NCBI GenBank assembly: GCA_017483765.1 | Contig: JAFUVE010000026.1 | Location: 87,814 to 151,813, forward strand | Origin: Bacteroidaceae bacterium | Lineage (GTDB): Bacteria; Bacteroidota; Bacteroidia; Bacteroidales; Bacteroidaceae | Length of the DNA stretch: 64,000 bases | Direction: 5' to 3' | Shown here: positions 36,258 through 43,319 of the stretch, piece by piece | Layout: every line of letters begins with the position of its first letter | How positions within the stretch are numbered: position 1 is the first letter of the stretch | Notes under the pieces: model-generated | Databases searched by the model: none | Seen by the model: the letters and a program-made list of their open reading frames with translations, nothing else | What the model was told of the DNA's origin: nothing | Position numbers and translations under genes: made by a program

Positions 36258-37508
36258 ATGATGGAAGAACAGAAACAAATTAATATAAGCGGTCCTGTGC
36301 GACGGCGCTATCTGGTGCTCGACCTTCTGAGGGGATTTGCGCTGTTGGGCATTATATTGGCCAACTTCCCTGAGTTTTCATTATGGACATTCCAAACGGA
36401 GCAGACTCAGTCTGATATGCCTTCTGCCGGTGTGGACCGTGTACTGCAGTGGCTGCTTGCCATCTTTGTGGACGGCAAGTTCTACACGCTTTTCTCGCTT
36501 CTTTTCGGAATAGGCTTCTCAATCATCATATCCAACTGCATGGAGCGTGGCACAAATGGCCGACGGGTGTTCTACAGGCGTATGGCAGTACTTGTGGTGA
36601 TCGGACTCTTGCATCTGATGTTGCTTTGGAGTGGCGACATCCTGTTGCTCTATGCGCTTATGGGCATGCTGTTACCCTTATTCTGGAAATGTTCCGACAA
36701 AGGGCTGCTAAGATGGGCCTTGTTTTTCCTGCTGCTACCCGTGGTGGTGGAGACCTTCCGCAAGCTGACTGGATTCTCACTTGCTGCCTTCCCGTATGAC
36801 GCATGGTGGGCGAAGTGCGGAGAATATGGCATCACCGAGGATAATTTCGGCACATGGCTGCGTGATTCCAATAGCTATTCAGGTGTACATCAATTTCTTA
36901 TGCAGGGCGCATGGGAGCGCCTCTGGGAATTTGTGGACGGCAACCGTTATTTCAAGGTGCTGGGGCTGTTTCTTTTCGGACTGTATGTGGGACGTCGCCG
37001 GGTCTACGCACAGTTGGAAGCAAAGAAAAAGCAGATACGGCGTGTCTTTCTCCTGGGGATGGCCGTTGGACTCCCCTTGTCGGTTGTCTATGCCTGGAGT
37101 TCGCTCTGCGGACATGCGTGGGGGAGGGTGGCGCACACGGCGCTCTATACCATGAGCGTCTATCCGCTGGGATTCTCTTATGCAGCTGGGCTGGCGCTGC
37201 TGTTTCTTCGCCGCCAGCATCTATGGGTGTGGAAAGCGTTGGCCATGCCGGGCAAGATGGCACTGACGAACTATCTGTTGCATTCCTTTTCCGGCATCGT
37301 GCTTTTCTATGGGGTTGGCTTTGGAATGGGGGCATCAGTGTCGCTGGCAGCTACAGAGTTGCTTGCCATTGCGGTCTACTGCGCTCTTTTGATTCTTAGC
37401 GGGCTGTGGCTGAGGTTTTTTCAGTACGGACCTGTGGAGTGGGGCTGGCGTATGCTCACTTACGGACGAATATTCTCCATCCGAAAGCACAAGGCAGACC
37501 GGTTATAA
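36258..37508 (+). CDS. DUF418/YeiB-like polytopic membrane protein
   Basis: 416-aa ORF with about 10 hydrophobic segments. The N-terminal RRYLVLDLLRGFALLGIILANF is typical of the DUF418 family. Confidence 0.8.
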   Translation: MMEEQKQINISGPVRRRYLVLDLLRGFALLGIILANFPEFSLWTFQTEQTQSDMPSAGVDRVLQWLLAIFVDGKFYTLFSLLFGIGFSIIISNCMERGTNGRRVFYRRMAVLVVIGLLHLMLLWSGDILLLYALMGMLLPLFWKCSDKGLLRWALFFLLLPVVVETFRKLTGFSLAAFPYDAWWAKCGEYGITEDNFGTWLRDSNSYSGVHQFLMQGAWERLWEFVDGNRYFKVLGLFLFGLYVGRRRVYAQLEAKKKQIRRVFLLGMAVGLPLSVVYAWSSLCGHAWGRVAHTALYTMSVYPLGFSYAAGLALLFLRRQHLWVWKALAMPGKMALTNYLLHSFSGIVLFYGVGFGMGASVSLAATELLAIAVYCALLILSGLWLRFFQYGPVEWGWRMLTYGRIFSIRKHKADRL

Positions 37509-37510
37509 AA

Positions 37511-37541
37511 AACTTCCACGCACGATTAGTGCATGGAAGTT
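37511..37541 (-). terminator. 13-bp-stem hairpin, canonical terminator when read on the minus strand
   Basis: Stem aacttccacgcac-gatta-gtgcatggaagtt. On the minus strand it is followed by a TTTTTT run. It may also stop the plus-strand DUF418 transcript. Confidence 0.6.
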
Positions 37542-37566
37542 TGTATGTCGGTTCTTTCAAATTTGA

Positions 37567-37791
37567 TTACCACAATGACTTCGATATGGTCTGCTGCTGT
37601 GCTTCATCCTCTTGGGTCCATAGACCTTCTTGCCAAGGGTCGCGCTCTTTGCCACCAGCTTCGTGGCCGCCACCGCCATATCCCGGACCATCGTCCTCGC
37701 TCTCAACGTTGCTGATCTCATTCTGCATGATAAAATCAAAGGTCACTTTCTGAAGATAGGTGGCCGGAGTCAGATAATTTTTCTTTTCCAT
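37567..37791 (-). CDS. small hypothetical protein (74 aa, acidic/Gly-rich)
   Basis: Codon usage resembles neighbouring genes. A proper intrinsic terminator lies 26 nt after the stop. No clear -7 box was found. Confidence 0.4.
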   Translation of the reverse strand: MEKKNYLTPATYLQKVTFDFIMQNEISNVESEDDGPGYGGGGHEAGGKERDPWQEGLWTQEDEAQQQTISKSLW

Positions 37792-38145
37792 ATTATATAT
37801 AGTTCCTTTTTTATCTTAGTAGTTTTTTTGCTGGATGTCTCACGTTCTGTTTCCTTTTGGGTATACAAAAACGTCTCATGCAAGTGACCGTTTGCCACTC
37901 ATGATGACACAATTCTTTGCAAAGTTTATAAAAATTCTTGAATTAAACAAAAATTTGACGGAAAAAATGGAAACGAATTTTTTTTTGATATTTTTTTTCA
38001 TTAATGGCTTGTTTCTACCAATAAATATGCAATTTTGTCCTTTCTGCTTCTCAAATGTCAGTTGAAAACGATGCTGACAGGTTACTTGCATTCAGAAAAG
38101 CAAAAGGAAAATCGGCTTTTATTTTGCATTTCACTTGTTTTTCCG

Positions 38146-38153
38146 TAACTTTG
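38146..38153 (+). promoter_or_regulatory. -7 box TAACTTTG for pyrE
   Basis: Exact TAnnTTTG match 29 nt upstream of the ATG. Confidence 0.55.
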
Positions 38154-38181
38154 CAAAAATATTAACCAATTCTATATTTAG

Positions 38182-38814
38182 ATGAAGGCATTAGACAAGA
38201 TTTTCGCAGAGAAATTATTGAAGATTAAGGCTATCAAACTGCAGCCGGAAAATCCTTTCACATGGGCAAGCGGATGGAAGTCACCATTCTATTGCGACAA
38301 CCGAAAGACTCTTTCATACCCCGACTTGAGAACGTTCGTGAAGACGGAGCTCACAAGGGTCATCATGGAGAACTTCGATGAAGTGGACGCCATCGCAGGA
38401 GTGGCAACTGGGGCTATACCGCAGGGGGCTCTCGTGGCGGATCTGCTCAATAAGCCTTTCGTGTATGTCCGCTCTAAGCCAAAGGACCACGGACTGGAAA
38501 ACCTCATCGAGGGAGAACTTCGTCCGGGAATGAAGGTGGTCGTTGTGGAGGACCTCATTTCAACGGGAGGAAGCAGCCTGAAAGCTGTGGATGCCATCCG
38601 AAACAACGGTTGTGAGGTTATCGGAATGGTGGCCGCCTACACCTACGGATTCGACGCAGCGAAGGAAGCATTCCAGAAAGCACAGGTGAAACTTGTGACA
38701 CTTACTAACTACGAGGCGGTGCTCGAGGTTGCTCTGAAAACGGGCTATATCACAGAGCCTCAGGTGGCTGTACTGAACGCATGGCGTAAGAATCCGGCAC
38801 AGTGGAAAGGATAG
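38182..38814 (+). CDS. pyrE: orotate phosphoribosyltransferase
   Basis: 210-aa ORF with the PRPP-binding motif VVVVEDLISTGGSSLKAV and the N-terminal PFTWASGWKSPFYCDNR. Confidence 0.93.
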   Translation: MKALDKIFAEKLLKIKAIKLQPENPFTWASGWKSPFYCDNRKTLSYPDLRTFVKTELTRVIMENFDEVDAIAGVATGAIPQGALVADLLNKPFVYVRSKPKDHGLENLIEGELRPGMKVVVVEDLISTGGSSLKAVDAIRNNGCEVIGMVAAYTYGFDAAKEAFQKAQVKLVTLTNYEAVLEVALKTGYITEPQVAVLNAWRKNPAQWKG

Positions 38815-38817
38815 GCT

Positions 38818-39294
38818 ATGGCAAAATATGAAAGCAAGACCAAGGCGATACCGTATCCTCAGAGCGCGGTTTACGCCAAGCTGTCCGACTTGTCGAACCT
38901 TGAAGCGCTGAAGACAAGGCTGGGAGAGCATAATCCTGAACTGCCTGAGGAAATGAAGAATCAGGTGGACGAGGAGCAGATGAACAAGGCACGCGAACTC
39001 GTGCAGAACATGGAGTTCACAACCGACACCATGTCCATCGACATTCCCCCCATGGGCAAGCTGGTCATTCAAATCGTGGAGCGTGAGCCGGAGAAACTCG
39101 TCAAACTATCATCCACCCAGTCGCCGGTGCCTGTCACGCTCTGGATTCAGATTGTACCAACGTCAGAGACAACTTGCGCTATGCGAGTCACACTCGACGC
39201 TGAGCTCAACATGTTTCTCAAAATGGCTATTGGAGGAAAGCTCAAGGACGGTGTCGACAAATTCGCCGACATGCTCGCGAAAATACCATATTAA
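38818..39294 (+). CDS. SRPBCC-like small protein (function unknown)
   Basis: 158-aa ORF, apparently translationally coupled to pyrE (4-nt gap). The family call is from memory of the Bacteroides pyrE-SRPBCC-argH arrangement. Confidence 0.55.
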   Translation: MAKYESKTKAIPYPQSAVYAKLSDLSNLEALKTRLGEHNPELPEEMKNQVDEEQMNKARELVQNMEFTTDTMSIDIPPMGKLVIQIVEREPEKLVKLSSTQSPVPVTLWIQIVPTSETTCAMRVTLDAELNMFLKMAIGGKLKDGVDKFADMLAKIPY

Positions 39295-39322
39295 GTGAAA
39301 AGTAAATAGTGAAAAGTGAATA
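39295..39322. repeat. 2 x 14-bp tandem repeat (gtgaaaagtaaata gtgaaaagtgaata)
   Basis: Lies directly after the SRPBCC stop codon. Confidence 0.7.
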
Positions 39323-39329
39323 GTGTAGT

Positions 39330-39337
39330 TACTTTTG
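39330..39337 (+). promoter_or_regulatory. -7 box TACTTTTG, candidate argH promoter
   Basis: Matches TAnnTTTG. It would give a ~140-nt leader containing the 14-bp repeat array. Confidence 0.4.
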
Positions 39338-39357
39338 GCGATGTTTTCTCTTTAAAC

Positions 39358-39452
39358 GTTCAACTTTAAACTAACAAAGTAATCTCTCTTTCAACTTTAA
39401 ACATTCAACTTTAAACATTCAACTTTAAACTTTCAACATTCAACTTTAGACT
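39358..39452. repeat. 14-bp (7+7) tandem array, unit ttcaactttaaaca, about 5 copies
   Basis: One copy ttcaactttaaact is followed by a 17-nt gap. Then come ttcaactttaaaca x2, ttcaactttaaact, ttcaaca and ttcaactttagact. The array ends 36 nt before the argH ATG. Confidence 0.85.
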
Positions 39453-39487
39453 AAGGAAGGACTCTCTCAACTCAAAACTGAAAATCA

Positions 39488-40822
39488 ATGGACAATATCT
39501 GGACCAAATCCGTCCATATGACAGACGAGATAGAGAAGTTCACCATCGGCAGAGACCGAGAGATGGACATGTATCTCGCCAAATACGATGTCATGGGCAG
39601 CATGGCGCACATAACCATGCTGCAGACCATCGACCTGCTGACGGACGACGAACTGCAAGTGCTGCTCAAAGAGCTGAAAGCCATATACAAAGACATCGAG
39701 GCAGGCAAGTTTGAAATCGAGGAGGGGGTGGAGGACGTCCACTCGCAGGTGGAGCTCATGCTTACGCGCCGTCTGGGCGACATCGGCAAGAAAATCCATA
39801 GCGGACGCTCACGCAACGACCAGGTGCTCGTAGACCTCAAGCTCTTCATACGAGACCAGTTACGAGACATCGCGTCGCTCACCAAGGGACTCTTCGACGA
39901 GCTGATTGCGCAGAGCAACCGCTACAAGGACGTGCTCATGCCGGGATACACCCATTTGCAGGTGGCTATGCCGTCGAGCTTCGGACTCTGGTTCGGAGCA
40001 TATGCCGAGAGCCTCGTCGACGACATGCAGTACCTGCTGGCAGCTTGGAAAATCACCAACCGCAACCCGCTCGGGTCGGCAGCGGGATACGGAAGCTCCT
40101 TCCCGCTTAACAGACAGCTGACAACCGACTTGCTGGGATTCGACAGCATGGACTATAACGTGGTGTATGCACAGATGGGCAGGGGAAAGACTGAGCGAAA
40201 CGTCGCTTTCTCCATGGCCAGCATCGCAGGAACCATAGCCAAGCTGGCCTTCGACGCATGTATGTTCAACAGCCAGAACTTCGGATTCGTCAAACTTCCG
40301 GACGACTGCACAACCGGTTCAAGCATCATGCCCCACAAGAAGAACCCGGATGTCTTTGAGCTCACCAGGGCAAAATGCAATAAGCTGCAGGCGCTTCCAC
40401 AGACCATAACGCTGATTATGAACAACCTGCCGTGTGGGTATTTCCGCGACCTGCAGATTATCAAGGAGGCGTTCCTCCCTGCTTTCCAGGAGCTGAAGGA
40501 CTGCCTCGTCATGACGGCTTACATCATCAACAAGATGAAGGTGAACGAGCACATCCTCGACAACCCCATCTACGACCCCATCTTCTCAGTGGAGGAGGTG
40601 AACCGGCTTGCAAGGGAGGGGATTCCTTTCCGGGATGCCTACAAGAAAGTGGGACTGGACATCGAGGCGGGAAACTTCACCCCCGACAAGAATATCCACC
40701 ACACCCACGAAGGATCGGCCGGCAACCTCTGTAACGACAAGATACAGAAACTTATGGACAGTGTGCTGGACGAGTTCAAGTTCGACAAGATGGACCAGGC
40801 CATCACCAACCTCGTCGGCTAA
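39488..40822 (+). CDS. argH: argininosuccinate lyase
   Basis: 444-aa ORF with the fumarate-lyase signature GSSIMPHKKNPDVFEL, plus GYTHLQVAMPSSFGLW. Confidence 0.95.
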   Translation: MDNIWTKSVHMTDEIEKFTIGRDREMDMYLAKYDVMGSMAHITMLQTIDLLTDDELQVLLKELKAIYKDIEAGKFEIEEGVEDVHSQVELMLTRRLGDIGKKIHSGRSRNDQVLVDLKLFIRDQLRDIASLTKGLFDELIAQSNRYKDVLMPGYTHLQVAMPSSFGLWFGAYAESLVDDMQYLLAAWKITNRNPLGSAAGYGSSFPLNRQLTTDLLGFDSMDYNVVYAQMGRGKTERNVAFSMASIAGTIAKLAFDACMFNSQNFGFVKLPDDCTTGSSIMPHKKNPDVFELTRAKCNKLQALPQTITLIMNNLPCGYFRDLQIIKEAFLPAFQELKDCLVMTAYIINKMKVNEHILDNPIYDPIFSVEEVNRLAREGIPFRDAYKKVGLDIEAGNFTPDKNIHHTHEGSAGNLCNDKIQKLMDSVLDEFKFDKMDQAITNLVG

Positions 40823-40850
40823 CTCCAAAAAGCAAGGCCGTTCAGCCCCA

Positions 40851-40913
40851 CCGATTATTCCGATTACTCTGAATATTCTGAATACTCTGATTACTCCGAT
40901 CACTCTCAACTCT
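40851..40913. repeat. 7 x 9-bp tandem array (ccgattatt ccgattact ctgaatatt ctgaatact ctgattact ccgatcact ctcaactct)
   Basis: Fills the argH-AKR spacer and contains the palindrome GAATATTC. Confidence 0.85.
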
Positions 40914-40924
40914 CAACTGAAAAA

Positions 40925-41896
40925 ATGATCTACAAATATTGCGGAAATAGCGGCGTCCAGCTGCCTCTCCTCTCACTCGGACTCTGGCATAATTTCGGCG
41001 ATGTCGACGACTTCGGCGTGGCTCGCGACATGATTCTCCATGCCTTCGATCAGGGAATCTGCCACTTCGACCTGGCCAACAACTACGGCCCATCACCCGG
41101 AAGCGCAGAGTCCAACTTCGGAAAAGTACTGAAGAGCGACCTCTCTGCCCACCGCGACGAGATGTTCATCTCATCCAAGGCGGGACATGAGATGTGGCCC
41201 GGTGTCTACGGCGACGGCAGCTCGCGCAAGAACATCATCGCATCGTGCGACCAGAGCCTGCGACGCTGTGGACTCGATTATTTCGATATATTCTACAGCC
41301 ACCGCTACGACGGCGTAACACCGGTGGAAGAGACGATGGAGGCACTTATTCAGCTTGTCCGACAGGGCAAGGCGCTCTATGTCGGCATCTCGAAATATCC
41401 GGCCGACAAGCAGCAGCGTGCATACGACATCCTGCGGGAGGCCAAGGTGCCATGCCTGCTCAGCCAGTACCGCTGCTCGATGTTCGACCCCAAGGCACAA
41501 CGGGAGAATTTCCAGGTGGCGGTGGACAACGGCAGCGGCATCATCTGTTTCTCACCTCTGGCACAGGGACTGCTCACCGGAAAATACGACAACGGCATTC
41601 CGGCGAACAGCCGCGCGGCCAAAGCATCGGGATTCTTACAACAGAGCCAGGTGACCCCAGAGCGCGTGGAGGCTGCACGACAGCTGGGAGCAATAGCCAA
41701 GGAGCGCGGACAAAGCATGGCGCAGATGGCACTCGCTTGGGTGCTCGACGACCAGCGAGTCACTTCCCTCATCATCGGAACATCATCCGTGGCGCAGATG
41801 GACAACAACCTCGCCACGCTCTCTAACCTCACTTTCTCCGACGACGAGCGCCAACGCATCAACGCCATCATCTCAAACCCCCAACTCTGGTTCTGA
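40925..41896 (+). CDS. aldo/keto reductase (YghZ/Tas-like)
   Basis: 323-aa ORF with AKR motifs LGLWHNFG, FDLANNYG and LYVGISKY. Confidence 0.88.
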   Translation: MIYKYCGNSGVQLPLLSLGLWHNFGDVDDFGVARDMILHAFDQGICHFDLANNYGPSPGSAESNFGKVLKSDLSAHRDEMFISSKAGHEMWPGVYGDGSSRKNIIASCDQSLRRCGLDYFDIFYSHRYDGVTPVEETMEALIQLVRQGKALYVGISKYPADKQQRAYDILREAKVPCLLSQYRCSMFDPKAQRENFQVAVDNGSGIICFSPLAQGLLTGKYDNGIPANSRAAKASGFLQQSQVTPERVEAARQLGAIAKERGQSMAQMALAWVLDDQRVTSLIIGTSSVAQMDNNLATLSNLTFSDDERQRINAIISNPQLWF

Positions 41897-41902
41897 CAGT
41901 AG

Positions 41903-41922
41903 AGACGCCCCGTGGGGCGTCT
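41903..41922 (+). terminator. GC hairpin agacgccc-cgtg-gggcgtct inside a conserved 32-bp block (copy 1)
   Basis: Starts 7 nt after the AKR stop. An identical block occurs at 57792. There is no U-tract. Confidence 0.5.
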
Positions 41923-41942
41923 TGTAACTAATAATCAGCAGA

Positions 41943-42500
41943 ATGAAGAATATGAATCTCCCATCAAGACTCCTGTCCGCGTTTTTATTTATAATGCTCA
42001 TCTGCCTCTCTTCATGCAAGGAGGATGTCAGCAGTGTCTACTCATCGAAAAACCGTGTGCAGTGCGGGTTCAACGTGGTGTCGTATGCTGAGCTTATTCA
42101 CTGCATCGACAACTACGGGCAGTTCTCTTCCATCCGCCAGTCGGGCAACAAAATCATCATGTCGTCGCCCGTAAGCACCAATGCCTATGACTTCGACGCT
42201 GTGTCGGCACGCAGCTTCTATTTCGGACTGGGAGGACTCATCGTCGGCACGCCCAACCTCACTTCCGACAACAACCCCTACCGATGCTACGACCTCGCTT
42301 GTCCCAACTGTGACCGCGCCAGCCGCAGGCTCGACATCAGCGACAACGGACGTGCCACCTGCCCACATTGCGGCATCGTCTACGACCTCAACAACGACGG
42401 TGTCATCATCGACCGCGGTAACTCCAATTTCGATTCACCCCGTGTGCTCTACCGTTACCGCATCTCATATAACGGAATGATGATCCATATGTACAATTAA
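41943..42500 (+). CDS. lipoprotein with C-terminal CxxC...CxxC (zinc-ribbon-like) motif, function unknown
   Basis: 185-aa ORF with a lipobox (LSSC) and the motif CPNCD..(15)..CPHCG. Confidence 0.65.
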   Translation: MKNMNLPSRLLSAFLFIMLICLSSCKEDVSSVYSSKNRVQCGFNVVSYAELIHCIDNYGQFSSIRQSGNKIIMSSPVSTNAYDFDAVSARSFYFGLGGLIVGTPNLTSDNNPYRCYDLACPNCDRASRRLDISDNGRATCPHCGIVYDLNNDGVIIDRGNSNFDSPRVLYRYRISYNGMMIHMYN

Positions 42501-42603
42501 CGTGGCTTCGGTATATGAAAAGCATTGATGAATTTCAGGTGTAGAGCAACTGTATTTATCAGTGACTAAAACCAGTCTTTAATAGCTCAGCACCACATAC
42601 AAT

Positions 42604-43278
42604 CTATATTCTTGTGGATTGGACATGGCTGAAAACGTGTCCGCAGGTGTCTTGGGCGCTGAATATGATGGCGTCGTCCTTGGCGGTCTGCAGGATATAG
42701 GGTGCTGAACGTTGCTGTGACACGTGCTTGAGGAATGAGAACGTTTTTTTCCCGTCAAACAGCTCGATGGCGTCTTCTGCATACCAGTTGCCGGAGATGA
42801 CGACCTCTCCGTTGTCCAATTCTACGGCATTGGCTATAGCCCGTTTCTTGTCAAGACAGCCGAATCCCTCGAATGTGTGGGTGAGGGGATCGTAGATTTC
42901 TGCCGGGAACGTCTGGCCGATGCCCAGGTCTTTCTCGTGTCCTCCCGCTACCAGGATTTTTCCGGATTTGAGACGGATGGCCACGGGGTTGTCGTGCACA
43001 TAGACGGTGGGCAGCGTCTCCCACTTTCCATCGGAGTATACTTCTGCGGTTTTTGTCAGGGTAAATCCCGTGGTGTGTCCGCCAACGACAACCACCTCAT
43101 CTCCGCATACGAACATGGCGTGCCCTGACCGCGGCATATTCATGTCGGGAAGCCGCTCTGCATGGATTTCCACCATGGGGCACTGGCTATTCCCTGTCTG
43201 TGCCTCAACATGAGAGAAGGCCGCAGTCAGAAGGGTGAGGGTGAGAGCAGTCAGTGTGATGCGGATGTGATGGTGCAT
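42604..43278 (-). CDS. secreted Kelch-repeat protein
   Basis: The start is chosen at MHHHIRITLTALTLTLLTAAFSHVEAQ (signal peptide). Kelch-like motifs are VVVVGGH and ILVAGGH. Confidence 0.65.
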   Translation of the reverse strand: MHHHIRITLTALTLTLLTAAFSHVEAQTGNSQCPMVEIHAERLPDMNMPRSGHAMFVCGDEVVVVGGHTTGFTLTKTAEVYSDGKWETLPTVYVHDNPVAIRLKSGKILVAGGHEKDLGIGQTFPAEIYDPLTHTFEGFGCLDKKRAIANAVELDNGEVVISGNWYAEDAIELFDGKKTFSFLKHVSQQRSAPYILQTAKDDAIIFSAQDTCGHVFSHVQSTRI

Positions 43279-43319
43279 ATAATGAGAATGGGGCCAGTTT
43301 GGTGTACATAGATTTGAAG

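Noticed and set aside
36449-37399. Alternative-frame ORFs inside the DUF418 gene (36449-36799, 36781-37155, 36911-37399 and minus-strand counterparts)
   Set aside because: They are nested within a well-supported polytopic membrane-protein ORF. Their Arg/Gly/Pro-rich composition is typical of off-frame translation.
37835-38091. ORFs 37835-38065 (+) and 37876-38091 (-) in the AT-rich spacer before pyrE
   Set aside because: They lie in low-complexity A/T-rich sequence with homopolymer runs. The peptides are Phe/Lys/Asn-rich, as expected from that composition, and they overlap each other.
40851-40913. The ctgaatatt/ctgaatact array as ArgR operators (ARG boxes), given its position next to argH
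   Set aside because: It lies downstream of argH. It does not fit TGAAT-N4-ATTCA. Equivalent arrays with unrelated units occur at non-arginine genes.
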